A stretch of DNA of 64,000 bases. It comes from Thermoproteota archaeon. GTDB lineage: Archaea; Korarchaeota; Korarchaeia; B14-G2. Position numbers and translations under genes: made by a program. The stretch spans positions 15,414 to 79,413 of the forward strand of contig JAVCBW010000016.1 in assembly GCA_037917675.1 (NCBI GenBank). The letters run 5' to 3'. How positions within the stretch are numbered: position 1 is the stretch's first letter; each line of letters opens with the position of its first letter. The notes below the pieces were generated by a model. That model searched no databases and was not told the origin of the DNA. It saw only the letters and a program-made list of their open reading frames with translations. Shown here one piece after another: positions 39,206 to 48,550 of this stretch.

Positions 39206-40316
39206 GAGGTATTTTATGGAGAGAGGCGAGCTGGAGGCTGCTGAGTACCGTAAGCTTCTTAATGAAGCTAAGAAGAGGTTAAAAAGCCTAGATAAGCTCA
39301 GGTACTTTTCCTTCATGATGCTAAAGCCTGACGCCGTAGCTAGAGGCCTCGTAAGCGAGATATTACAGGAGTTTCAGCGTAGAGGCATATATCCAGTGAA
39401 GGGGAAGGTTATCAAGCTGGAGAGCAGAGAGATAGATGAGCTATACAAGTTTGTTAAAATAAGGTATGCAGATAGCTGGTGGGTGATGCCTAAGGTCTTC
39501 AGGCTCGCCCCCTGTGTCCCATGCATCGTAGCAGGAGATCCAGGAGAACATGATACCCTGTCTCATAGGATAAGGGCTGAGATAGGGCCTACGACACCTG
39601 CAGCAGGTACGTCTAACCACATGAGGTACATGTTTAAGGGTGGGAATAGAGTCTTTAACCTGATCCATGCAGGAGATGATCCAGCTGCAAGCTTGAGAGA
39701 GGCGCTGGTGTTCTTCACATGGGAAGAGTTAGCTGAAGTCCTTGATATGCTGGACCCAAGTTATCTGAGCGAAGACATCTTATGGAAAGCCCCAGAGGAG
39801 ATCGTTAAGTACAAGTGTAGTGATGACATAGAGCTTGTCAGTATCCTGACTCGAGTTAAAGAGAGAGCGCTTGAGGTGATAGAGAGATGCGTCGGCGAGA
39901 GGGTAGAGGAGATCAGGAGGCTACTCAGTGAGGAAAGAGGCTGTAAATCTAGCGAAATAGATGACATCAGGGCTAAGCTGAGGGAGATATGGCCTAGGGA
40001 GAGGGAAGCTCTGATTAAGGTAGCTCATGTAGTCGAGGAGATGGCTAGAGGCATACTCAGGAAAGCTGAGGACATAGAAGCGAGGAAAAACAAGATAAAG
40101 CAGGTGATCGATGCCCTTGATGCGATAGAGGTCTTTAAGAGGCTTCTAAGTGAGAGGAGCATGGTAGAGGATGCATTCGAGATCATATTAGCCAGGGCCA
40201 TAGAGCTTGGACTTGTAAGGACAGACTGGGAGGAGGCTTTTCTCCATACTTACTGGGCTACAGGCATGCAGATGCTCAAGGACCTCATGGAGAAAAAGGG
40301 AGAGGAAGCCATTTAG
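39195..40316 (+). CDS. divergent nucleoside-diphosphate kinase with long helical C-terminal extension
   Basis: MLKPDAVARGLVSEIL and NLIHAGD..SLRE (catalytic His) motifs; about 200 extra C-terminal residues; GAGGTG SD before ATG 39195. Confidence 0.78.
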   Translation: MEIERYFMERGELEAAEYRKLLNEAKKRLKSLDKLRYFSFMMLKPDAVARGLVSEILQEFQRRGIYPVKGKVIKLESREIDELYKFVKIRYADSWWVMPKVFRLAPCVPCIVAGDPGEHDTLSHRIRAEIGPTTPAAGTSNHMRYMFKGGNRVFNLIHAGDDPAASLREALVFFTWEELAEVLDMLDPSYLSEDILWKAPEEIVKYKCSDDIELVSILTRVKERALEVIERCVGERVEEIRRLLSEERGCKSSEIDDIRAKLREIWPREREALIKVAHVVEEMARGILRKAEDIEARKNKIKQVIDALDAIEVFKRLLSERSMVEDAFEIILARAIELGLVRTDWEEAFLHTYWATGMQMLKDLMEKKGEEAI

Positions 40317-40375
40317 GGCATCAATGCTTAAAAGGGAAGCCGTCAGTCTAGAACTAGAGACGACTAGGTGGGCAG

Positions 40376-42571
40376 ATGAGCTCGGCTACTAGGAGACTTA
40401 TATTAAGGGTTGAAGATATAAGGAGGCAGGAAGACTTTGGCCGCGGGATAGCTAGGATAGATCCGCTAGCCATGCGTAAGCTAGCACTTAGAGCAGGTGA
40501 CTTCGCTAGGATCAGGGGAGAGAAAATATCTCATGTGAAGGTTTTGCCCTCTACACCAGATGATAACGGCAGGCTTGTGATAAGGCTAGACAAGTTCATT
40601 AGGAGAAACATAGGGGCCTCACTGGGGTCTAAGGTTGAGGTCGAGAAGGCTATAGTGAGAGAGGCTACTAGGGTTATTCTAGCTGCTAGAGAGCCTATAC
40701 CTAACAGAGCAGACTTCGCAAGGTGGGTGAAGAGGAGGCTACTAGATCAGGCTGTCACCAGGGGAGACATCATATATATACCGACCTTAACAAACTTTAT
40801 ACCGTTTGCTGTCACTGTGGTCAAGCCAGATGGCGTAGGTAAGGTCACAGAGAGGACTGTAGTTGAGATAAGCGAGAGACTAGCTGCAGCAGGAGAGATA
40901 GCAGTCCCCTCAGTGACATATGAGGACATTGGTGGCCTTAAGGAGGAAATAGAGAGGATAAGAGAGATGGTAGAGCTGCCTTTAAAGCACCCTGAGCTCT
41001 TCAGGAGAGTAGGAATAGATCCACCGAAGGGAGTTCTCCTATATGGGCCACCAGGATGCGGTAAGACTTTGATAGCTAAAGCTGTAGCAAATGAGAGTGG
41101 AGCACACTTCATATCGATACAGGGACCAGAGATAATGAGCAAGTTCTATGGTGAATCAGAGAAGAGGTTAAGAGAGATATTCGAGGAGGCCCAGAGAAAT
41201 GCTCCATCGATAATATTCATAGATGAAATAGATTCGATAGCTCCAAAAAGAGAAGAAGTTACTGGAGAAGTCGAGAGGAGGGTTGTGGCTCAGCTACTTA
41301 GCCTAATGGACGGGCTTCAGGGGCGTGGAGAAGTTATAGTCATAGGAGCGACAAACAGGCCAGACGCCCTTGACCCTGCACTTAGAAGGCCAGGAAGATT
41401 TGATAGAGAGATAGAGATAGGTGTCCCAACTGTTGAGGGGAGAAAGGAGATACTTCAAATACACACCAGAAATATGCCACTTGCCAAGGATGTAGATTTA
41501 GATGAGCTAGCTAGGATAACCCATGGATTTGTTGGAGCTGATCTAGCAGCTTTATGCAGAGAAGCAGCTATGGCAGCTCTTAGAAGGTATCTTCCAGAAA
41601 TAGACCTAGACCAGGAGATGATTCCAACAGAAGTCCTAGAGAAGATAGAGGTCCAGATGAGAGACTTCAGAGAAGCCCTTAAGGTCGTGCAGCCCTCAGC
41701 ACTCAGGGAGGTAAGGCTTGAAGTGCCTGATGTCAGGTGGGATGACATAGGTGGGCTTGAGGAAGTAAAAAGGGAGCTGATCGAGGTTGTAGAGTGGCCG
41801 CTTAAGTACCCAGAGAGCTTCTCCAGACTTGGGCTGACACCACCTAGAGGAGTTCTCCTATATGGGCCACCAGGATGCGGCAAGACACTGCTAGCTAAGG
41901 CAGTGGCCACAGAAAGCGAAGCTAACTTCATAGCAGTTAAGGGACCAGAGATAATGAGCAAGTGGGTCGGAGAGTCAGAGAAGGCTATTAGAGAGATATT
42001 CAGGAAAGCCAGGCAAGCTGCACCATGCATAATATTCATGGATGAGATAGATGCCATAGTTCCTATCAGAGGTATGGGTTATGGTGACTCAAGAGTAACA
42101 GAGAGAGTGATAAGCCAGCTTCTCACTGAAATGGATGGCATGCAGATGCTTAAGGACGTCGTGGTTATAGGAGCAACAAACAGGCCTGACATACTTGACC
42201 CAGCTGTGATGAGGCCAGGAAGACTTGAGAGACTCGTATACGTACCCCCACCAGACTATGGAGGTAGGCTTGAAATACTGAAAGTGCATACCCGCAGGAT
42301 GCCTCTAGCAGAAGATGTGGATCTAGCTGATATAGCTAGGAGGACAGAGGGATATTCAGGTGCAGACCTTGAGGCAGTAGTCAGGGAAGCTGGGCTTCAA
42401 GCTCTGAGAGAAGATATAAACGCAGAGAAAGTGTATGGTAGACACTTTGAGAGGGCCCTGGAAAAGATAAAGCCAAGCTTGACAAAGGAATTGGTAAGAT
42501 TCTATGAGAATATCGCGAAAAAGATCAAGAAGGCTGAGCTTAAGCCGACAGAAGTAGAGAGCTACATGTGA
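40376..42571 (+). CDS. cdc48: Cdc48/VAT family AAA ATPase
   Basis: N domain plus two AAA modules (GPPGCGKT twice); C-terminal HbYX-like SYM. Confidence 0.97.
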   Translation: MSSATRRLILRVEDIRRQEDFGRGIARIDPLAMRKLALRAGDFARIRGEKISHVKVLPSTPDDNGRLVIRLDKFIRRNIGASLGSKVEVEKAIVREATRVILAAREPIPNRADFARWVKRRLLDQAVTRGDIIYIPTLTNFIPFAVTVVKPDGVGKVTERTVVEISERLAAAGEIAVPSVTYEDIGGLKEEIERIREMVELPLKHPELFRRVGIDPPKGVLLYGPPGCGKTLIAKAVANESGAHFISIQGPEIMSKFYGESEKRLREIFEEAQRNAPSIIFIDEIDSIAPKREEVTGEVERRVVAQLLSLMDGLQGRGEVIVIGATNRPDALDPALRRPGRFDREIEIGVPTVEGRKEILQIHTRNMPLAKDVDLDELARITHGFVGADLAALCREAAMAALRRYLPEIDLDQEMIPTEVLEKIEVQMRDFREALKVVQPSALREVRLEVPDVRWDDIGGLEEVKRELIEVVEWPLKYPESFSRLGLTPPRGVLLYGPPGCGKTLLAKAVATESEANFIAVKGPEIMSKWVGESEKAIREIFRKARQAAPCIIFMDEIDAIVPIRGMGYGDSRVTERVISQLLTEMDGMQMLKDVVVIGATNRPDILDPAVMRPGRLERLVYVPPPDYGGRLEILKVHTRRMPLAEDVDLADIARRTEGYSGADLEAVVREAGLQALREDINAEKVYGRHFERALEKIKPSLTKELVRFYENIAKKIKKAELKPTEVESYM
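41030..41880 (+). repeat. intragenic direct repeat: 32-nt identical Walker A segments of Cdc48 D1 and D2
   Basis: GGAGTTCTCCTATATGGGCCACCAGGATGCGG at 41030-41061 and 41849-41880. Confidence 0.9.
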
Positions 42572-42616
42572 CATCCTATTAAACTTTTAAAGACCAGCAA
42601 TTATAGAGTGATGGGC

Positions 42617-42702
42617 GCCACCGTAGCTCAGCTGGTTAGAGCGCCCGGCTGTTAACCGGGCGGTCGCCGGTTCGAACTTCTACGGAAGTCCGGCCGGTGG
42701 CG
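42617..42702 (+). tRNA. tRNA-Asn(GTT) with 12-nt intron in the T loop (59/60; 42677-42688)
   Basis: acceptor GCCACCG/CGGTGGC; anticodon arm CCCGG-CTGTTAA-CCGGG; T arm GCCGG-TTCGAA[CTTCTACGGAAG]T-CCGGC; TTTTAAA TATA box about 30 nt upstream. Confidence 0.93.
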
Positions 42703-42751
42703 CCTACTCAACAACATTTTTAGGCCTACTTCAGTTCTCACTAGGGGTTCA

Positions 42752-43933
42752 GTGAGCACTAGAGTACATCTTGAAACACTCATGAAATACAGACTCTCTA
42801 GGAACCCATTCAGCAAGGAGGCAGAGAGAAGCCTAGCATCGCTCCGGCAGATACTTGTGAGAGAGAAAGCAGATGACATGCTTGACCTGGCTGTCTCTGA
42901 AGCCCTGCTTGAAGAGGGGAGCTTGCTGATTACTATAGTTGGAGATAGAGGTTTGGGCAGGACCCTTCGCTTGAAGATAGCCAAGGAAAAGTTTGAGGAG
43001 AGAGGGAATGCTGGTATATACATCGCTATCAGACCAGATGAAAGAGAAGGATTCGTGTTTAGGATGGTAGAGCAGTCGCTTAACATGCATAAGGGGCTGA
43101 AGCAGTTTATCAGGAGGAGAGTACTGTCACTCCACCTGCTAAAAAGCAGATCTTTAAGTGAGCTGGGAACACCAACTGAGACAGCTGAGCTGATCTTAGA
43201 AAGTATAAGATGCAATATACCAGCTTTCCTACTGATAGATGACTTCTATAACCTATTCTTTGAAACAAAGCTTTGGAGGACTTATGTGATGGAGATGCTA
43301 AGACATATAGTTTCATCAACTCCTGATGGAGTACTCACAGCAATTGTCGTGGGTAGAGAGGTACTTGATGAGATCAAAGCTGAGCAGCCTGCATTTTATA
43401 CTAGGATACATGAGAAAGTAGAGCTGACACCACTAGACCTTGAAAGAGCCATGAAGATGGTTGCAAAAAGGATATCAGCGTTTAGACTAGAGGACACAGG
43501 AGACCCTCTTTACCCCTTTACTGAAAGATTCATCGAAGAGACACTAAAGCTTAGTAAGGGAAATCCAGAGGAGATGCTTAAGCTACTGAATGCTGGAATG
43601 CTACTGGCTTATAAGGCTGGCAAGCATAGAGTAGACAGTGAGATAGCAGATATCCTTGTAGATGCATCTGGCATCCTAGAGGTAGCCGAGGAACTACCGG
43701 AGGAAACTAGGAGAGAAGTGAGGTATATATTGATGAATATACCAGATAGAGAGTTCCACATGACTACCATAGCTAGAGCACTTGAGGTACCTCCTTCAGT
43801 TGAATATGGGAGACTAGAGCTTCTTGTCGACTCTGGATTTCTAGCTAAGACAGGAGAGGATAGATATAGGCTTCATCCAAGGTATGCTGAGAGAGTAGAC
43901 AGGGTTGCTCGGGCAATTCTAGGTATGAGGTGA
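42752..43933 (+). CDS. P-loop AAA+-type ATPase-like protein with C-terminal winged helix
   Basis: Y.L..NPF N-terminus, Walker A GDRGLGRT (Lys replaced by Arg), Walker B LLIDD, LYPFT and SKGNP lid motifs. Confidence 0.7.
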   Translation: MSTRVHLETLMKYRLSRNPFSKEAERSLASLRQILVREKADDMLDLAVSEALLEEGSLLITIVGDRGLGRTLRLKIAKEKFEERGNAGIYIAIRPDEREGFVFRMVEQSLNMHKGLKQFIRRRVLSLHLLKSRSLSELGTPTETAELILESIRCNIPAFLLIDDFYNLFFETKLWRTYVMEMLRHIVSSTPDGVLTAIVVGREVLDEIKAEQPAFYTRIHEKVELTPLDLERAMKMVAKRISAFRLEDTGDPLYPFTERFIEETLKLSKGNPEEMLKLLNAGMLLAYKAGKHRVDSEIADILVDASGILEVAEELPEETRREVRYILMNIPDREFHMTTIARALEVPPSVEYGRLELLVDSGFLAKTGEDRYRLHPRYAERVDRVARAILGMR

Positions 43934-44634
43934 TTACCTTGGATATAAGTGACTTGATCGCTCAAGCTACTAGCGAGGGGAGAGAAGTACTCAATGAATA
44001 TGAATCAAAGATCTTGCTGAAAAGACATGGAGTACCTGTAACTGAGATAAGGTTCGCTAGAACTCTAGCTGAAGCTCTTAGAGCAGCTAGGGAGATAGGA
44101 TATCCGGTTGTAATGAAGATCGTCTCTCCTGAGATAACTCATAAGACAGATGTAGGTGGTGTTGCTTTGAACATCGACAGTGATGAAAAGTTGGCAAGTG
44201 AGTACGAGCTGATGCTCAGGAGAATAAGAGAAGTGGCAGGGAATGTGACAATACTTGGTGTCACAGTCCAGGAGCAGGTGGATAGAGGAGTTGAGCTCAT
44301 GATAGGAGCCATGAGAGACATGCAGTTTGGACCTGTTGTAGCACTTGGAATCGGAGGAGTATTTGTTGAAGTATATGGAGATGTAGCCTACAGGGTTGCT
44401 CCAGTAGACAGGCATGATGTGCTAGATATGCTAGATGAGCTGAAGGGAAGGAGGCTTCTAGATGGGTTCCGAGGGCTTCCTCCAGTAGATTTAGAATCTG
44501 TTGTTGGCATGGTAGTCAAGATATCAGACATCATCATGGAGCACGAAGAAATAGCTGAGATGGACCTGAACCCAGTGGTATTTAAGGGACGAGATGGCAA
44601 GGTTGTGGATGCGAGGGTGAGGATAGTTGCCTAA
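43930..44634 (+). CDS. acetate--CoA ligase (ADP-forming) beta subunit
   Basis: GYPVVMKIVSP.ITHKTDVGGV, FGPVV..GIGGVFVE, EMDLNPV ATP-grasp motifs. Confidence 0.93.
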   Translation: MITLDISDLIAQATSEGREVLNEYESKILLKRHGVPVTEIRFARTLAEALRAAREIGYPVVMKIVSPEITHKTDVGGVALNIDSDEKLASEYELMLRRIREVAGNVTILGVTVQEQVDRGVELMIGAMRDMQFGPVVALGIGGVFVEVYGDVAYRVAPVDRHDVLDMLDELKGRRLLDGFRGLPPVDLESVVGMVVKISDIIMEHEEIAEMDLNPVVFKGRDGKVVDARVRIVA

Positions 44635-44848
44635 AAGGGTAAGAGATCTATATGATAAGCAGGTGTACACTACAGGAGGGAAGCTTCTAGGAACAGCTAT
44701 AGACTTCATAGTAGACACTGATGAAAGAAGACTTGTTGAAATAGAAGTGCAGCCAGAATATGAGGACGAGACGTTTAAAGTCTCCTTCTCTAGTGTGATT
44801 GGATGTGAAGATGCTTTCATAGTTAAGAGTGAAGAGGAGCTAGTTTGA
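44627..44848 (+). CDS. single-domain PRC-barrel protein
   Basis: DLYDKQVYTTGGKLLG...DFIVD and V.F..V....DAFIV pattern; 73 aa. Confidence 0.8.
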   Translation: MPKRVRDLYDKQVYTTGGKLLGTAIDFIVDTDERRLVEIEVQPEYEDETFKVSFSSVIGCEDAFIVKSEEELV

Positions 44849-45932
44849 TTAGTAAATCAGCTAGAGCATAGAGCGCCCTATAGAGATCTTGTGAATCTAA
44901 AACCTCACCTTCTCTTTGCTGAAGAGAGGAGATGGATAGGAGGTATACTATGGAAGCTAATCTTCCTATAGAGGTGGGATGCTTGAGTACAAGAGACCTG
45001 CCAAGCCTCTCATGTAAGGATCTAACGTATATGTTCTTAAGCCTCATGAAGCCTGCTATATACTGCTGAGAAGCCTCTATAGGCTTTGGGGGCGAGGAAA
45101 GCTGGGCAGCTAGCTGCGACAAGATGCTCTCAAGTAGATCAGGCTTTCCTGAAACCTTCATTAAGCAATATAGGAGCTTAGCAGCCTCGTCTCTTGGCCT
45201 AGCACCTATACCAGCTTGCTTAGGTGGAGGAATTTCTGGAAGCATGTTTTTAAGCTCGGCTGCATCTTCTGGGCCTGCTTCCATCATAGATGCTGTTACC
45301 AAGAGCTGAGATCTTGTTATAGCATTAAGGGAATAGAGGAGCCTCACTTCATCTTCAGAAACAGATGGAACCTTCTCAAGTATACTGAGAGCATTCAGTA
45401 ATGTAGCTTTACCTATCTCCTTAGATTCATTTATCAGCAGAGATATAAATGTTAGGAGTGAATGAAATCGGGATGCAAGTAGCATAGGGTTTAAACTGGG
45501 GGAAGCGCTTCTGACTTCAGCTGAAATAGCTTCAACTATATCAGCTTGCAGCTGAACAGCTTCACGTGAGTATCTAACTCCATAGGAGCTTCTTAATATA
45601 CGAGAAAAGTCACAGATTGGATATACCAATGAGATTCTTAGGCCAGCTTCAGGCAACTTAAGCAGCTCTCTTATGGGTAAAGTGGATAAGAAGGCAAGCA
45701 TCGTTTCAGCAGCCAATAGCTCACGATAGGAAACTTTCTTTGCAGAGAGCTTGCCAGCTATCAGTTGAGACGTGAAGATTAAAGCTTGAGCTGCCCTAGC
45801 TGGTGTAAGAAGCGGCTTACGTGATGGGTTAACTGAACTTATCTGAGATCTGACTATCTTCAATGCAGAGAGTATAGCTTTTTCATCTACTTTGACAGGG
45901 GATACTAGCCTGATAACGTCTGTTACTGGCAT
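44823..45932 (-). CDS. hypothetical all-helical protein, possibly tandem AAA-lid-like repeats
   Basis: 369-aa ORF filling the gap between convergent and divergent neighbours; no P-loop. Confidence 0.6.
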   Translation of the reverse strand: MPVTDVIRLVSPVKVDEKAILSALKIVRSQISSVNPSRKPLLTPARAAQALIFTSQLIAGKLSAKKVSYRELLAAETMLAFLSTLPIRELLKLPEAGLRISLVYPICDFSRILRSSYGVRYSREAVQLQADIVEAISAEVRSASPSLNPMLLASRFHSLLTFISLLINESKEIGKATLLNALSILEKVPSVSEDEVRLLYSLNAITRSQLLVTASMMEAGPEDAAELKNMLPEIPPPKQAGIGARPRDEAAKLLYCLMKVSGKPDLLESILSQLAAQLSSPPKPIEASQQYIAGFMRLKNIYVRSLHERLGRSLVLKHPTSIGRLASIVYLLSISSLQQREGEVLDSQDLYRALYALADLLIKLAPLHS

Positions 45933-45970
45933 TGAAGCTATAGCTGCTAGGGACAGCTTTAAAACTACCG

Positions 45971-46888
45971 TTGACTAGGGAGATGATCCAGATGAGCAAA
46001 GTCGACAAGAGCCTAGAGCACGTAGAGAAGCTAATAGAAGAGAGGAGAGCTCTGACAAAGGAGATGGAGAAGGTAAGAAGTAAGAGAGACCACCTTAACA
46101 TGAGAGTGAAGGAGAAAGCTGAGAGGAGAAGGCAGCTGATAGATGAGCTACGGAAGCTTGATGAAGAGCTCAAGCAGTTGATAAGCAAGAGGCAGGAGCT
46201 TAGCAGAGAGATAGAAGAGCTCAACAGAAAGAAGGAGGAGGCATTTAGCAGATATAGAGAGGAGATAGAGGAGGCTAGGAGGCTAAAGCAGCAGTACAAT
46301 GAGGTGATAAATGAGATAAACGGCAATCCATCGCAAATACGCTTTAAAATACGGGAGCTTGAGAGGGACATCAATGAGGGAAGGGTTCCACTGGAACGTG
46401 AACATGAAGTTGTTATGAGAATATCGAGGCTTGAGCAAGAATACAAGAAGTATGAGAAGGCCTTAGAGATAAAGAGGGTAGCAGAGCTGAAGTACATTGA
46501 GGCTTCGAAGTGGAAAACCCTAGCGCTAACGCTAAAGGAGAACATCGCCAAGCTTAAGGAGAAGAGAGCTGCTATAGGCGAGGAAATAGGGAGGATAGCT
46601 AGAGAGAAGGATAAGAAGAGGGAGGAAATCGAGAGAGTAAGCAGGGAAATAAGTGGCATAAAGGAGGAGAGTGACAGATACCATCAGGCATACTTGGAGT
46701 ATAGAAGAAAGATCAGAGAGATCACATCTAGAATAAGAGGTATTGTAGAGGGAGTGGAGAGAGAAAGAGAAGAAGAGGAGAAAAAGATAAGTAGGAAGTT
46801 AGTAGATGAGATAATGGAGAAGGTGAAAAGAAGGGAGAAGCTTGAATACTGGGAGTTCTGCTTACTCGTTAGGGAGGGGAGGATCTAG
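45971..46888 (+). CDS. archaeal coiled-coil protein (COG1340-like)
   Basis: continuous E/K/R heptads; IMEKVKRREKL C-terminal motif; upstream of DUF373. Confidence 0.75.
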   Translation: MTREMIQMSKVDKSLEHVEKLIEERRALTKEMEKVRSKRDHLNMRVKEKAERRRQLIDELRKLDEELKQLISKRQELSREIEELNRKKEEAFSRYREEIEEARRLKQQYNEVINEINGNPSQIRFKIRELERDINEGRVPLEREHEVVMRISRLEQEYKKYEKALEIKRVAELKYIEASKWKTLALTLKENIAKLKEKRAAIGEEIGRIAREKDKKREEIERVSREISGIKEESDRYHQAYLEYRRKIREITSRIRGIVEGVEREREEEEKKISRKLVDEIMEKVKRREKLEYWEFCLLVREGRI

Positions 46889-46891
46889 CAG

Positions 46892-47986
46892 ATGGAGAGT
46901 AAAAGGAGAGTGCTAGTCCTGTGTGTAGATAGAGATGATGATCTAGGGAGGAAGACAGGGATCAAAGGGCCTGTAATAGGGAGAGATGAGAACCTTAAGG
47001 CTGCTAATAAGCTTATACTTGAAGATCCAGAGGAGTCCGATGCTAATGCCATTTTTGCAGCGGTCAAGACATATGATGAGATAGCTAGAAGGTATGGAGA
47101 AGACTCTGTTGAGATAGCTACCCTGACAGGACATTATAGGCGGGGCCTCACAGCAGATGATGAGATAAGAAGGCAGATGAGAGAAGTGCTAGCGAGGTTC
47201 CCTGCTGAAGAAGCTGTTTTTGTCTCAGATGGAGCAGACGATGAGCATATACTACCTCTGCTAGCTGGTTATGTAAAGACCTTCTCACTTAGGAGGATAA
47301 TAGTCCAGCAGAGTAAGGAGCTTGAGACAACGTATGTCATCTTGAGGAGGTATTTCTCAGAGAAGCTACTTGGAAATAAGCTTTTCAGAGCAGTATTCAT
47401 AGGAATTCCAGGGTTCCTACTACTCTTATATTCTGTACTATCTCTAGCTGGCTTACAGTCCTATTTAAAACTCGGGTTTGTAGGCTTCATGGGTGTCGTT
47501 CTCACCATCTTTGGATTCGGACTACAGCCTGTGTTGAAGAAGCTAAAGCGGGACATGGGAGGAAAACTGGGAGCTTTCACATTGACAATTGGAGGTGTGC
47601 TGCTTGCCATAAGCGTATACACGGGGTATGTGAGAGCGGCGAGCGCCCCACTCAACATCAGGTTTATCCAGCTTATCCTGGGTGTGCTCGAGAATACGCT
47701 TGGATACATACTGTTCTCAATGATAATAGGGCTATCAGGAGTAGCTGTAGGCAATCTCATTGAGGGGAAAAGGATGCGAGCAGAGAGCAATATTGCTGCA
47801 ATGATCATGTTAGGCTTGATGTATCCTGTACTAAGAGCGATAATAGAGTTCATGAGGGGAGAGAAGTCGATATACTACCTCTCCATCGTACTTGGCTCAG
47901 TTACCTTGGTAGCAGTATTCTCTTTCATTACTTTACATGCCATCCTGCTTAAGGCTATTAAGAGCAAAAATAGTGGAGGAGAATAG
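46892..47986 (+). CDS. DUF373 family membrane protein
   Basis: LVLCVDRDDDLG, DPEESDAN, VSDGADDE, VQQS motifs plus C-terminal TMs. Confidence 0.92.
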   Translation: MESKRRVLVLCVDRDDDLGRKTGIKGPVIGRDENLKAANKLILEDPEESDANAIFAAVKTYDEIARRYGEDSVEIATLTGHYRRGLTADDEIRRQMREVLARFPAEEAVFVSDGADDEHILPLLAGYVKTFSLRRIIVQQSKELETTYVILRRYFSEKLLGNKLFRAVFIGIPGFLLLLYSVLSLAGLQSYLKLGFVGFMGVVLTIFGFGLQPVLKKLKRDMGGKLGAFTLTIGGVLLAISVYTGYVRAASAPLNIRFIQLILGVLENTLGYILFSMIIGLSGVAVGNLIEGKRMRAESNIAAMIMLGLMYPVLRAIIEFMRGEKSIYYLSIVLGSVTLVAVFSFITLHAILLKAIKSKNSGGE

Positions 47987-47988
47987 GC

Positions 47989-48471
47989 TCAGACTGCTAT
48001 CTCAGAGAGGTTTATGGTCTCATCAGCAGTCTTTCTGAGTGCAACAGAGAAACCTGGCTCCGACCCTATTACAACAACATCTTTACCTCGCTCCTTTGCA
48101 AGCGCTAGAAGAGGAGCATAGCCTGCATCCCTTACAACAAACACGATAACATCTATCTGGTCGTTGCTTATGAGATCCATAGCTTCCATTGTCAAGGATA
48201 CTTCTACCTTACCTGGAGTTACGATAGGTGTGAAGCCAGTATTTGACACGGCATCAATTAGCTTGTCTGAAGCATACTTGTTCAGGATAACTTTAGCAAC
48301 CCGTATCCTCCCATAGTTGCTTGCTATCCTGAATATATCTGATAAATCGACTTGAGGAGAGAGGTCTTTCCTCAGGATATTAGGGCCATCCACTAGAACA
48401 GCTACCTCCTTCTCCTTCTTTCTCTTTGCTAGCCCCTTTATCCTCGCTGATAACTCTTTCACTGAGCTCAA
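47989..48471 (-). CDS. NYN-domain protein (TIGR00288-like)
   Basis: LVDGPNILRK, ASDKLIDAV, GFSVALRKTAD motifs. Confidence 0.9.
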   Translation of the reverse strand: MSSVKELSARIKGLAKRKKEKEVAVLVDGPNILRKDLSPQVDLSDIFRIASNYGRIRVAKVILNKYASDKLIDAVSNTGFTPIVTPGKVEVSLTMEAMDLISNDQIDVIVFVVRDAGYAPLLALAKERGKDVVVIGSEPGFSVALRKTADETINLSEIAV

Positions 48472-48550
48472 GATCTCAGCTCAGAAAATCAGATATGTGG
48501 ATCTTATAAAGATAAGCTCTCATGATATAAGGCTGAGAAGGGGGCTGACT

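Noticed and set aside
42703-45932. Integrated element at tRNA-Asn
   Set aside because: No integrase and no duplicated tRNA 3' end (att site) were seen; composition matches the rest
45971-46888. SMC, ESCRT-III or other cytoskeletal protein
   Set aside because: No ATPase or recognisable Snf7 motifs; fits the common archaeal coiled-coil gene beside DUF373
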